Of a stretch of 64,000 nucleotides of DNA, positions 36,897-49,473 are shown in pieces (positions within the stretch are counted from its first letter, which is position 1; every line of letters starts with the position of its first letter). The stretch is from Phyllobates terribilis (lineage: Eukaryota). The notes under the pieces were generated by a model. It saw only the letters and a program-made list of their open reading frames with translations, ran no database searches and was not told the origin of the DNA. A program made the position numbers and the translations under genes. The stretch covers positions 992,001-1,056,000 of the forward strand of contig NW_027363080.1 of assembly GCF_046119375.1 (NCBI RefSeq), in the 5' to 3' direction.

Positions 36897-37957
36897 CTAC
36901 TCCTGGGTGTCGGCCCTCGGCCCCAGGGTTTGTTCGTTTAAAGGACAGCTCTGGACGGTGTGACCTGTCTTGTGGCATCGGTGGCAGACAGGGTCCCTCG
37001 GTGGGCGGTGTTGGTCGCTAGTCCTCCCAGGGGGTGGCGTTGTCCTCCTCCTCCTTCTCATCCAGGGGACATCCTCAGGGCTGTCGGCTAGAAGGATCCT
37101 TCCTTCCTCCTCGGGCTCCGTCTGCAGCTGCAGGGCACTCAGCACAGTGGTCAGGGTTTTGCTCAACTGACGCACTTCAGAGCGCAGGCTGTCCAGCTCA
37201 CTAGGGGATGTTGCTTGCACCTTGGCTTCAGCAGCTACCGGGGAAAAGGTGGACGCCGCAGGCACTGGGGTGGCCCCACCCTGGTAACATTGGATAGCAG
37301 TTGTTTCCAGGGGCTGCAGTCCTTTTATAGCCATGTCCTTAAGGGTGTCAAAGGTGGCATCTGGATGATCTAGGGAGCACCAACGCACAGTCCTGCTCTC
37401 CTCTTGGGACCTCAGTCCCCGGATAAACTGTTCCTTCAGCATTTTATTTTCATCATTGATGCTGGTTGGACTAACCTGTTTCAGAGCTCACAGGGTCCCT
37501 TGCAAACGCCAGGCATAGTCCCGAACACTGTCCTCCGGTTGCTGAGAGCAGTTGTAGAACCTCATCCGGAGGTCTGTCTCAGTACGATTCTCAAAGACAG
37601 TCTGTAACTTTTTAAAGATTGCGGATACTGACTCCTGGTCTGTGGCCGACCAGGTTTCTACTTCTCACTCCGCAGCACCAGTCAATTGTCCCAATACAAC
37701 AGCGGCTCTTTGCTTGCCTGTCATAGAGTACATATCCAGTATACCACATATTTTCCTTTTGAATCCAGAAGGGTATCTGGTTTACCGCTGTACTGGGGGA
37801 GCCACTTCGCTCCAGGGATGTACGGTAGGGCCATGGGTATGACAGGGGTTACTGGCCCTGCTGGTGGAGCGTCTGCTTTGGCCTGCTCGGCGCCGAGCGC
37901 AGGTTGATTATCAGAGCCAGTAACCGGTACTCCGGTGTTGTGCTGTTCTTCGGACAT
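36897..37957 (-). pseudogene. Gypsy gag (PNMA-like N-terminus, CCHC zinc knuckle), disrupted
   Basis: MALPYIPGAKWLPQYSG, LKEQFIRGL, CHRCHKTGHTVQSC. Confidence 0.8.
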
Positions 37958-38316
37958 TCTGGCGCCCCCCTAGCGAACCGTAGCCTACCTTCTTGTCTTC
38001 CGGTAGGCCGCAGCTCCGCAGGTAACGGTCTTCTTTCAGGACCTTGCGTCGCTTGCGTCCTACGTCAGAGCGCTCATCGAGGCTCCTTCCAGGACCTGGC
38101 ACTTCCTGGTTTGACGTCGAGGCGTGGGGCGTGTCCGGAGCTTCGCGCGCTTCAGCAGGTACGCCTCTCAGTTTCCCGCGGTTACGCCCTTCTTCCCGCT
38201 CGGCGGCACAACAATGGCGGCAATCTTCGCCACAGTTAAATACACAGTTTTTGATTAAAGGCGCATAGTACCCGGTGGCAACGGGCACAACACTCTGTCA
38301 TTGCAGCAGGCACGGA

Positions 38317-38334
38317 ATCCTGTTCGTGACGCCA
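38317..38334 (-). promoter_or_regulatory. PBS complementary to tRNA-Ser(CGA)
   Basis: Minus strand TGGCGTCACGAACAGGAT (extends to ...TC, 20 nt), 8 nt from the 5' LTR. Confidence 0.85.
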
Positions 38335-38342
38335 GGAAGAGA

Positions 38343-39395
38343 TGACGCGCCCAGAGTGTTGGGGACGACTCGGCGCCCGGGCCTAGTTATTAGATTTGGG
38401 GGATGTCGCGGAAATGTGGGGGAAAATTATATGGGAAAGGGGAAATTGTTCGTGACGCCACCCGTGGTGTCTGGTGAGGATCACCAGCGCTGCTACAGTC
38501 CTCTGAGGCCGGTGATCAAGCAGCTTAGGTGGTGCGGCTCCCCACAGGTGGAGCAGGGCCTCAGGGCAGCGTAGGAGAAGGGATGCAGGACAGAGGGGAC
38601 CCAGCCGGGTCGGAGGAAGAATAGGCACACTCACAACAGTTCACTTCAGTACCTTTACTGGTGGTGTTTCAGGCACGATCCACGGCACTGTAGGGTGACG
38701 GGTGCATATCGGGACTCTCCCCAGTGAGCGGGTGTGGGGCCTCCTGCTTCTTGCCTTTTCCTGGCAAGTTTATGACCTGCCTGGAGCTAGGCCTAACTTG
38801 GTCTCTGTCTTGCACCAGCTGACCTGGTGGTAGGGCCTTCTGTTGGAGATCACACTCCCTGGTTTCTTGGGCCTCAGTGACTCCTGACCCTGGTATAACG
38901 GTCAGCTTTTGGTGTTCCTGGGACATATAGTTCACCAGGGGTTCCGGTAGTTTCTGCTGGGCCTAAGGAATCCCTGCAGACGTGGATCCGGTGTCCGGTA
39001 TATGGTCTTGGGGTGAGCTGGCTAAGCTCCTCTGCCCCCTATGTAGCTCGCTACTCCACTTGCCTTCAGCCGCTCGGGGCCCTCATTAGGCTTCACACTG
39101 GCAGTAGGCCTCGCTACTCTTCACCGCTCTTACGGCGTCGGCACGCCTTAGGCTCACTAACCTGAGCTCCCAGAGTCTGGGCTGGACTGACTTTCTCACA
39201 GACTTCACTTTCTGTGGACTCTAGACTGACTAAATACCTAGCTCCACCTTCCCTTTTTATATCCCTATCCGGGGTCCCTCTGGTGGTCTGAGGTGGAAGG
39301 TGGAGGTGTGTGAATGCTATGAGGGCCTCTTGTGGAAGAATCCGTCCATGCACCCCTCTAGGATCTGTGGCACCAATGCGCAGCAGGGCGCCACA
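38343..39395 (-). repeat. 5' LTR, 1053 bp (~50-bp deletion relative to the 3' LTR)
   Basis: Collinear with 31156-32257, roughly 95% identical by eye. Confidence 0.93.
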
Positions 39396-39603
39396 TGAAC
39401 ACTCCTGGTTAGGTCTCCATCTCCTGGGTTGGCTGTACTGGAAGAGGTGTGGGTTTTATTTACACTATTTGTACAGTAGTGAAATAAGTGATCTGCCACT
39501 AATTTTTTTAAATGTGAGGAATCCTGATTGGGTCTTCATCTATTGGGTTGGCTGGAACGTTCCTGTTCTGCAGTCTAAGTTATGTAAGGTTGCGTACCAG
39601 TCC

Positions 39604-40400
39604 TGATACAGACTCTGCCTGCTGCACTCCTGATGCAGACTTTGCCTGCTGCACTCCTGATGCAGACTCTGCCTGCTGCACTCCTGATGCAGAATCTGCC
39701 TGCTGCACTCCTGATGCAGACTCTGCCTGCTGCACTCCTGATGCAGACTCTGCCTACTGCACTCCTGATGCAGACTCTGCCTACTGCACTCCTGATGCAG
39801 ACTCTGTCTGCTGCACTCCTGATGCAGACTCTGCCTGCTGCACTTCTGATGCAGACTCTGCCTGCTGCACTCCTGATGCAGACTCTGCCAGCTGCACTCC
39901 TGATGCAGACTCTGCCTGCTGCACTCCTGATGCAGACTCTGCCTACTACACTCCTGATGCAGACTCTGCCTGCTGCACTCCTGATGCAGACTCTGCCTGC
40001 TGCACTCCTGATGCAGACTCTGCCTGCTGCACTCCTGATGCAGACTCTGCCTGCTACACTCCTGATGCAGACTCTGCCTGCTGCACTCCTGATGCAGACT
40101 CTGCCTGCTGCACTCCTGATACAGAATTTGCCTGCTGCACTCTGATACAGACTCTGCCTGCTGCACTCCTGATACAGACTCTGCCTGCTGCACTCCTGAT
40201 ACAGACTCTGCCTGCTGCACTCCTGATACAGACTCTGCCTGCTGCACTCCTGATACAGACTCTGCCTGATGCACTCCAGATACAGACTCTGCCTGCTGCA
40301 CTCCTGATACAGACTCTGCCTGCTGCACTCCTGATACAGACTCTGCCTGCTGTACTTCTGATACAGACTCTGCCTGCTGCACTCCTGATACAGACTCTGT
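39604..40400. repeat. 27-bp minisatellite (CTCCTGATGCAGACTCTGCCTGCTGCA), ~29 copies
   Basis: Near-perfect tandem units; the GATGCAG variant is on the left and GATACAG on the right. Confidence 0.97.
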
Positions 40401-40730
40401 ATTCTGTATGGAGCAATATATGGGGCCCATAATACTGTACTGAGCAATATACGGGGCCCATTATTCTGTAAAGAGCATTATATGGGGTCCATTATTCTGA
40501 ATGGAGCATTATGGGGGGCCAGTATTCCGTTTGGAGCATTATATGGGGGTCAATATTCCGTCTGTAACATTATATGGGTCCATTATTCTGTATGGAGCAA
40601 TATATGGGGCCCATTATTCTGTATAGAGCATTATATGGGGTCCATTATTCTGTATAGAGCCTTATATGGTGTCCATAATACTGTATGGAGGACTATGTGG
40701 TGCCCATAATACTGTATGGAGGACTATACT
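40400..40730. repeat. ~30-bp degenerate tandem repeat (TATTCTGTATGGAGCA.TATATGGGG.CCA)
   Basis: About 10 visible units. Confidence 0.8.
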
Positions 40731-40817
40731 GTCCAGTCTGCACTGTGCGCTGCAAGGATTCGCCGTTTTTTTCAGCTATTGTAGAATTTTCAATAGATAT
40801 CACCCATGTAATGTAAG

Positions 40818-41863
40818 TGTGGCACCCCAGGGGTCTGGTTGCCACGGTGATAGAAATATCACGTCTGGGAGCAAGTGGGAGGTTCCCTGGTCAGGAGCCC
40901 TTGAACATGCAACACCTCCTGTCCCAGACCAGATAGGGGAGGAACCTGCCCTATATAAACTGGATCTGGGGCGGGGTTAGGAAGTGAAGCTCCAGAGAGA
41001 CCAGAGACTGGAGGCTGAGACAGAGCTGAGTCTAGTTGAGAGTGAAGTTCCAGACACAGGGAAAGCAACAGCTAGGAGCTCTATAGGAGCAGGAGCTGAG
41101 TGCCAGGGACTTGAAGCAGATATAGCTCGTCCTGTCTGAAGACACTACGACCGGACAACGGAGTCCGAGGCTGTGAGGATCTCTACGTCCAGCAGCAGAA
41201 ACCAGCCGGCAGGGGATTCCAGGTCCTCTGGCCATAGAAGCCCGGAGGCTCAGTCACGAGCAAGGGACCAGCACCGCCATCGAGGAGCGGAGGCTAACAG
41301 AAGGCCCCAAGTCACCAGCCATACGGGTGAGCACCACACGGTACACTCAGGGACGTGGGCTACTTCCACTCGCTTACAGCAAGGTAGCCAGGAAGAGTGC
41401 AGACAGACGGGGAGGCCTACAACTCCACCTGGCCAGGGGAACTCCTGTTTGTTCACAGACTGACCCGGCCTCTTATGCAAGCCAGTACTCCCGGGAGGGT
41501 CTGCCTTATCATCATCAGTAAAGACCCTGAACTGCACTGCAAAGACTCTAAGTCTTTCCTGCTTCACCCGTGCACCATCACTCCCATCATCCACACTCAC
41601 TGCCCTGAGGCTATACTCCTCCCGTGGGGAGTTGTCCCATCCTCTGCTGCGCACACAACACCAGCCTCAGCGGTCTGCCACGCAGCGGCGGTACACCCTG
41701 ACCGCAATCCACGGGTGGCGTAGTCGGACATTAACCTAAAACATATAAAATACTGCCACTGGTTTGACCACCCTGAGCCACGGGACCGGGTCGCCGCCAC
41801 GGAGACTACAACCCCCAGAGACCCGGCTCCGGGTAACCCACACACGGCCCAAGGGGCGCGTCA
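40818..41863 (+). mobile_element. Solo LTR, 1046 bp
   Basis: TGTGGCAC...GGGGCGCGTCA termini. TSD TAAG at 40814-40817 and 41864-41867. TATATAAA near 40950. Confidence 0.92.
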
Positions 41864-42078
41864 TAAGAAGTAAGTGAAATCTTTGGCATTGTACTATATA
41901 TATATTTCTCTGCTATATCTTTGCATCTTGAATTGTGGTATGTGTTAAGGGGCCCACTGAGACTCTTTCGATCGGGGCCAACGAAAACCTGGATCCGGCC
42001 CTGCCTTGGAGTAATACGTGTGAGTATGATTCATTTTTTAATTTTTATGCAGAGGATGCCTATAAAATAAAATATATA

Positions 42079-42567
42079 CAGTGGGGAAAATAAGTATTTG
42101 CTACACTGACGATTTTGCAAGTTTTCCCACCTACAGAGCATGGAGAGGTCTGTAATTTTTATCATAGGTACACTTCAACTGTAAGAGACAGAATATTGAA
42201 AAAAATTCAGAAAACAAATTGTATGATTTTTGCATAATTAATTTACATTTTATTGTATGAAATAAGTATTTTATACAATAGAAAAACAGAACTTAATATT
42301 TGGTACAGAAACCTTTGTTTGTCATTACAGAGGTCAGATGTTTCCTGTAGTTCTTGACCAAGTTTGCACACACTGCAGCAGGGATTTTTGTGCAATCCTC
42401 CATACAGATCTTCTAAAGATCTTTCAGGTTTCGGGGCTGTCGCTGGGCAACATTGAGATTCAGCTCCCTCCAAAGATTTTCTATTGGATTCAGGTCTGGA
42501 GACTGGCTAGGCCACTCCTTAGTTGCCCTGGCTGTGTGTTTCAGGTCATTGTCATATTGTAAGACCC
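42079..42567 (-). mobile_element. Tc1 fragment (terminus plus transposase 3' end)
   Basis: TA|CAGTGGGGAAAATAAGTATTTG terminus. The minus strand encodes [11 protein letters not shown] and [10 protein letters not shown]. Confidence 0.8.
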
Positions 42568-44003
42568 AGCAATGCCGATTTGTATCGTAAATATAAAAAT
42601 GGCTATTTTGAATCCATATTGAAATATGCAGAATGTATTCAAAACAGCATTGCTCCAGTCTGGTTATATATTGACAGACAGATGAGGCTCATTCTGTTTA
42701 ACTTTACTTTGTATTTACTTGATGTTTAGACACAAGATAATGTTAATAAGTAACAACATCTTGAGAACAGCGTATTCACATTGTCTGAAACATTAATCAC
42801 AAATAGTCTTCTGTTTATTGAGTGTAATTGTAAAACAAGAAGATTTACATAACCTTTTGTGTTTAGTTTACTTACTTGATCACCAAGAGCTATTGAATTG
42901 TGTACGTTTATTGCACACCATTGTATATGTGAGAGCCTTTCTCTGATTCACCTTTTTGTCTTTAGCTGGCCACTATTGGGGCAAAGGTGAATTAGACTTA
43001 GTAGTGTACATTCACTGTATAGGGCCAGAGAAAATATTACTAAGCAGAAGCTTTTGGACCAGTAATGATGTGTACAGTGTTGTGATACCTGCCCATTCAG
43101 TGTTGTGAGACTTCCAGGGGTTTCTCTGTCTTGGTGAAATTGCTTCTCTGATATTCTAAACTGATGATTAGTGTTGAGCGAGCATGCTCGACACTGCTCA
43201 GTACTCGCCCGAGCATCACGCCACTCGGGATGTTCGGCGAGCACCGAGCATTTCCGGGTTACTCGGGCGGGAGCTCGGGTTTCCGCCCTGCATGTTTGGC
43301 GCTCTTTACAGAGCCAATGAACATGCAGGGATTGCCAGCCAGTCACTGTAATGCCGCAGCCATGTTGTTTGTGGGCATTACAGTGATTGGCTGGCCGCAC
43401 AGCGTCACCTCGAGTATTTAAAACCGGGCGCCGCCATCTTGGACACAGTCGCTCCGGATTAGACAGTGTAGGGACAGCGCTGCTGAGCTAGGGAGAGATT
43501 TATCCTGCAAAATAGTTAGTGTAGGGTCTGTAAAGGCTGCAAGATCAAACAAGCAGTCCTTCTCAGGACTAATATCCATCCCAGATATCAGGCAGCAAGG
43601 CAGGCAGGCTGTATAGGAGACGCAGTGGTTATACCAGCAAACGCTGCATTACAGTCCTGTGTGCTCCTGTTTCTGAAATTGCTGGACTTAGCTCCAGGTC
43701 TCGGGGGCCAGGAAAAATCCTTTTTTTTTCATCTAAATCCTCTATTTTTTCCTCCTTCACACTGTACAAATACCCGTCATATTGGTGTCGCCTCCCCCGC
43801 CCCCCCAAAAAAAAAAGTGTGTCTCTGATTTTTCAGACAAAAATATATCTGTTGAAAAGAGTCTGGTATAGGCCACAGAAACAGAAGTGTGGTTTTGCAG
43901 TTCCACGGGTGAAATCTCTGTATTATCCAGTTTTGTGCCTTTTGTATCTAAAAAAAAAAACAGTTTGAGTGTGTTGCTCACTGTTCAGCCGCAAATATAT
44001 ATA

Positions 44004-45626
44004 CAGTACAGACCAAAAGTTTGGACACACCTTCTCATTTAAAGATTTTTCTGTATTTTCATGACTATGTACATTCACACTGAAGGCATCAAAACTATGA
44101 ATTAACACATGTGGAATTATATACTTAACAAAAAAGTGTGAAACAACTGAAAATATGTCTTATATTCTAGGTTCTTCAAAGTAGCCACCTTTTGCTTTGA
44201 TGACTGCTTTGCACACTCTTGGCATGCTCTTGATGAGCTTAAAGAGGTAGTCACCGGAAATGGTCTTCTAACAATCTTGAAGGAGTTCCCAGAGACGCTT
44301 AGCACTTGTTGGCCCTTTTGCCTTCACTCTGCGGTCCAGCTCACCCCAAACCATCTCGATTGGGTTCAGGTCTGGTGACTGTGGAGGCCAGGTCATCTGG
44401 CGTAGCACCCCATCACTCTCTCTTTTGGTCAAATAGCCCTTACACAGCCTGGAGGTGTGTTTGGGGTCATTGTCCTGTTGAAAAATAAATGATGGTCCAA
44501 CTAAACGCAAACCGGATGGAAAAGCATGTCGCTGAAAGATGCTGTGGTAGCCATGCTGGTTCAGTATGCCTTCAATTTTGAATAAATCCCCAACAGTGTC
44601 ACCAGCAAAGCACCCCCACACCATCACACCTCCTCCTCCATGCTTCACGGTGGAAACCAGGCATGTAGAGTCCATCTGTTCACCTTTTCTGCGTCGCACA
44701 AAGACACGGTGGTTGGAACCAAAGATCCCAAACTTGGACTCATCAGACCAAAGCACAGATTTCCACTGGTATAATGTCCATTCCTTGTGCTCTTTAGCCC
44801 AAACAAGTCTCTTCTACTTGTTGCCTGTCCTTAGCAGTGGTTTCCTAGCAGCTATTTTACCATGAAGGCCTGCTGCACAAAGTCTCCTCTTAACAGTTGT
44901 TGAAGTGATGTGTCTGCTGCTAGAACTCTGTGTGGCATTGACCTGGTCTCTAATCTGAGCTGCTGTTAACCTGCGATTTCTGAGGCTGGTGACTCGGATA
45001 AACTTATCCTCAGAAGCAGAGGTGACTCTTGGTCTTCCTTTCCTGGGGCGGTCCACATGTGGGCCAGTTTCTTTGCAGCACTTGATGGTTTTTGAAACTG
45101 CACTTGGGGACACTTTCAAAGTTTTCCCAATTTTTCGGACTGACTGACCTTCATTTCTTAAAGTAATGATGGCCACTCGTTTTTCTTTACTTAGCTGCTT
45201 TTTTCTTGCCATAATACAAATTCTAACAGTCTATTCAGTAGGACTATCAGCTGTGTATCCACCAGACTTCTGCACAACACAACTGATGGTCACAACCCCA
45301 TTTATAAGGCAAGAAATCCCACTTATTAAACCTGACAGGGCACACCTGTGAAGTGAAAGCCATTTCTGGTGACTACCTCTTGAAGCTCATCAAGAGAATG
45401 CCAAGAGTGTGCAAAGCAGTCATCAAAGCAAAAGGTGGCTACTTTGAAGAACCTAGAATATAAGACATATTTTCAGTTGTTTCACACTTTTTTGTTATGT
45501 ATATAATTCCACATGTGTTAATTCATAGTTTTGATGCCTTCAGTGTGAATATACAATTTTCATAGTCATGAAAATACAGAAAAATCTTTAAATAAGAAAG
45601 TGTGTCCAAACTTTTGGTCTGTACTG
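44004..45626 (-). mobile_element. Full-length Tc1 element, 1623 bp, ~265-bp inverted repeats, TA TSD
   Basis: TA|CAGTACAGACCAAAAGTTTGGACACAC...GTGTCCAAACTTTTGGTCTGTACTG|TA. Confidence 0.96.
44160..45212 (-). pseudogene. Tc1 DD34E transposase, 350 codons, two in-frame premature TAG stops, no frameshift
   Basis: [27 protein letters not shown]. Stops at 44814-44816 and 44268-44270. Confidence 0.93.
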
Positions 45627-46698
45627 TATATTTAAAAAAGTCTGGTATATACCAGTAAATTATAACTGTGGTTTTGCTGTTCCACGGTAAAAAATCTCTA
45701 TTATCCTGCTTTTGGCATTTTTTGCCGAAAAAAATAAATAATAGTGTCTCCTGATTGTTCAGACACAAATATATCTGTTGAAAATAGTCTGGTGTAGGCC
45801 CGAGAAATACAAGTGTCGTTTTGCAGTTCCACAGTAAAAAATCTCTGTATTATCCTGCTTTTCGCAATTTTTGGCCATAAAGAATAAATAATAGTGTCTC
45901 CTGATTGTTCAGACACAAATATATCTGTTGAAAATAGTCTGGTATACACCAGTAAATTATAACTGTGGTTTTGCTGTTCCACGGTAAAAAATCTCTATTA
46001 TCCTGCTTTTGGCATTTTTTGCCGTAAAAAATAAATAATAGTGTCTCCTGATTGTTCAGACACAAATATATCTGTTGAAAATAGTCTGGTGTAGGCCCGA
46101 GAAATACAAGTGTGGTTTTGCAGTTCCACGGTTCAAACCTCTGTATTATCCACTTTTGGGCCATTTGTATCTAAAAAAAACAGTTTGAGTGTGTCGCTCA
46201 CTGTTCAGCCGCAAATATATATATATTTAAAAAAGTTTGGTATACATACACCAGTAAATTATAACTGAGGTTTTGCTGTTCCACGGTAAAAAATCTCTAA
46301 TATTCAGCTTTTGGTATTTTTTCCGTAAAGAAAAACAGTAATATTTTCTCCCTGATTGTTCAGATTGTTTAAAAGAATCGGGTGTAGGCCAGAGAAATAG
46401 AACTGTGGTTTTCCTCTTCCACGGTTCTAATCTACTTTTTTATTACCCTTTTTCCAATGATAGTGCGAGTGTAAGCTATTTTACTTCCTTTACAATGGGC
46501 AAGGCGCGTGGCAAGGGACGTGGAAGTGGACGTTCTGGTGATGGTGCGTGCAGAGGACGGGGCCGTGGCCAAGGTGAAAATGTGCCACAACCAACAGCCA
46601 CATCTTCTCGCTCCCACTTCTTGACCGAATTACTAGGGAAGCACAGAACAACACCAGTATTGCGAACTGATCAGTGTGAACAGGTTATTAATTGGATA

Positions 46699-47220
46699 CA
46701 GTGGCGTACCGCCAAGGCGGCAGACCACGCCACTGCTATGGGGCCCGTGGCCGGAGGGGGCCCGTGAGGGCCCCAAGCAGCCTGGGAACGAGGAGGATAG
46801 GTGAGTAGAAGTTTGCGGCGGCAGAGGAGCAGGTTGCAGCAGTGGAGGAGCGGAGCACACGCTGTAGCCGCTGCTGCAGCTACCACGTGTGCCCGCTGCT
46901 AAAGAGACATGAATATTCCCTCTTCTCCACTCCCATGGGCGTGGAAAAGACGGAATATTCATTTTCTTTAGTAGCGGGCACGGAGGAGCGCTGAGCCCCG
47001 GCTCCTGCTGTCAGTGGCCGCCGCTAAAGAGAAAGCATATTCACTCTTCTCCACACCCATAGTCCCGGCGTGGAAAGGAGTGAATGTGCCGACAGCAGCA
47101 GCAGCTCACCTCGGCTTCTGAGAGCGTGCGCAGCTCAGATGCCGACATGAGCTGCTGCAGACAGGACTCAGCGCTGGAGCAGAGGTGAGGAGGGAAGGTG
47201 AGTATAAGTGTTTATTATTT
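46699..47220. mobile_element. Non-autonomous element starting CAGTGGCGTA (hAT-type MITE end) that truncates hAT-d
   Basis: Abrupt loss of transposase homology at 46699 and a hAT-like terminus. The matching end and TSD were not found. Confidence 0.5.
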
Positions 47221-47269
47221 TACTAGATGGTGGCCCGATTCTAACGCATCGGGTATTCTAGAATATGTA

Positions 47270-47830
47270 TGCGGCCGACCGGGCACAATCAGCAAAGTGG
47301 TGTTTAAATTTGGCGCCAATAATGCTGATTGTTCGCGGCCTGCAAACGCGACCAATCAGCAGAGGGGTGTTTAAATTTGGCACCAAAATCGCTGATTGGT
47401 CATGGCCGGCAATCAGCAGAGCGTTGTTTAAATCTGGCGCTAATCTCTGGCGGCCGCGACCAATCAGCAGAGCGGTGTTTAAATTTCAAGCAAAAATCGC
47501 TGATTGGTCGCGGTCGGCCGGCGACTGCGACCAATCAGCAGAGCGTTGTTGAAATTTGGCGCCAATCTTGCTGATTGGTCGCGGCCACGACCAATCAGCA
47601 GAGCGTTGTTTAACTTTGGCGCCAATCTCGCAGAGCGGTGTTTAAATTTGGCGCCAATCTCGCTGATTGGTCGCGGTCGGCTGGCGGGCGTGACCAATCA
47701 GCAGAGCGTTGTTTAAATTTGATGCCAAAATCGGTGATTGGTTGCAGCCTCTATTTAAATGTGGCGCCCAAATCGGCCGCGACCAATCAGCACAGCGGTG
47801 TTTAACTTTTGCGGCAAGATCACTGATAGG
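47270..47830. repeat. Tandem array of ~55-60-bp internally palindromic, CCAAT-rich units
   Basis: GCGACCAATCAGC...TTTAAATTTGGCGCC...GCTGATTGGTCGC repeated about 9 times, downstream of TAGATGGTGGCCCGATT. Probably part of a non-autonomous element. Confidence 0.8.
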
Positions 47831-48264
47831 TCGCGGTCAGCGAATCGTATTGGTGAGGAACGGCGTGCGGAATCGTATTGGTGAGGACCGGCGAGCGCCG
47901 CTGCCTGTGCGGCTACTTCCGCTGTGAGAAGCCGGGAGATGAACGACTGACTGTTCGCAGCAGAAGTATCCAGACCCGCAGCGCCGCTCCCCGGTCCTCC
48001 CTTGACACCCTAGCCGCTGATCTCCCGACAGTAGCCCCCTTAGATCTGACTCGTCTCCCACCCGGTAAGACGTTTGTAGCGGTTCCAGATCGGGAGAAGA
48101 TTTCTTCACTGGGGTCATTCATCTAAACTAGCCGGCCATGCCGGTCTGAAGAAAACTTTCCTGCTCATTACCCGGCATTACTGGTGGCCTACCCTGCGCA
48201 AGGATGTGGTAGACTTCGTCTCGGCCTGTTCATCTTGTGCCCGCAACAAAGTTCCCAGACATCT

Positions 48265-49473
48265 TGACGCGCCCCCTGGGCCAGTGTTGTTGGGGATACC
48301 CGGAGCCGGATCAGATGGGGGTTGTAGTCTCCGAGTGGCTGTGACCCGGTCCGTGCCCAGGGTGTCAAGCTCAGTGTGTGGCAGTCCTTATGATGTTACT
48401 AGATGTTCTTTTGTGTCGACTACGCCACCCGTTGAATTGCGGTCAATACGGCCGCCGCTGCATCAGGGTCCGCTGAGGCTGGTGGTGTATGTGCAGCTTA
48501 GGTAGTATAACCCCCAACGGGAGGGGTATAGCCTCAGGGGGTCAGTTGCAGAGGATGGGGGTTGTGGTGGTGCAGCGGGGATGGAAATGAGACTCAGAGT
48601 CGGGCTGTGCAGTTCAGGGTTTGTTTACTTACTGCAGTTGTTCTGGTCACTCCGGCCTTAAGTGACCACCCGAGCCGTGCTGCGTCCACCAGGTCCTGGA
48701 CTCGGCCAACCCCCAGGTGATTCTGGAGCGTGGTCCTGAGCTCCCTTTCTGTCCTGTCCTCTTCTCTGGCCTTCCCCACCAGGGATCCACCTATGTCCGG
48801 CTCCCTCGGGCCTCTTGGTGGTAAACCCTTGTCTCTGGGTTCCCTGACCCTATTCCTGGTCTGCCTTCCGGGTGGATTTAGTGGGTGGTCGTGGCAGATC
48901 CTGCCCATGACCTCCGGTTCCTGGCTAAGGTGTGCTGTAGCCTCTGCCAGCTTGGGATCCGGTACCCTGTTGCCAACTCTTCACCCTCTGGTCTAATTTG
49001 GGCTCTTGGAGTTCCTTCTTTCTCCCCCTCTGGGTCTTTCTTTCTCCTCTCTCTCTCTCTTGGCCTTGGAGCTGCTCTCCTCCTCTGCTCTCTTCCTCTG
49101 CTCTGCTCTGACAAAAGACTGACAGACTGACCCTGATCTAAGATGGTTCCCACCTTATATACTCCCTCTATGTGTGAGCTCAGGTGACCAGCACCCAATG
49201 AGCTCCTAGCTTTACCCAGGCTGCTCCCCCTATCTGCCCCTACACTACTGGGATGTTCCACCCCCCTCCCACTCCAGCCAGGAACAGACACTGTCGTACC
49301 TGCACATTTCTCTAGTGGGAGTACCGTCGGTCTGTTCCTCGGAAATGGGATGTGTGTAGTGCATGCAGCTAACTGAGCTCAGTTCCACACTCCATCCTTA
49401 CCCGGGAGTGGAATACCACACCTCTGGCTGAGGTGCAATACCCCTGTAGCAGCCGAATCCTCAGGGTGCTACA
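48265..49473 (-). mobile_element. Solo LTR, 1209 bp, inserted in the chromovirus integrase
   Basis: TSD ATCT at 48261-48264 and 49474-49477. Removing it restores NKVPRHLPAGHLLPLPVP. Confidence 0.95.

Larger units (their letters stand above)
31156..39395 (-). mobile_element. Full-length Gypsy LTR retrotransposon, 8240 bp, decayed
   Basis: Two similar LTRs, TSD TGAA (31152-31155 and 39396-39399), PBS, PPT, and domain order gag-PR-RT-RH-IN. Confidence 0.96.
43169..46698 (+). mobile_element. hAT-d: 5' arm and first ~68 codons of a hAT-b-family element
   Basis: TIR TAGTGTTGAGCG. 43169-43830 is the reverse complement homolog of 29520-30177. ORF MGKARGKGRG from 46495 is cut after EQVINWI. Confidence 0.88.

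Noticed and set aside
39540-40461. Long ORFs (290-296 aa) on both strands with QECSRQSLH, CTPDADSAC or RVCIRSAAG repeats
   Set aside because: They are translations of a stop-free 27-bp minisatellite and are open in most frames, so there is no evidence of coding.
42568-43168. Possible host exon in the non-repetitive stretch (ORF 42948-43400)
   Set aside because: No recognisable protein similarity, and the ORF starts inside the hAT-d terminus.
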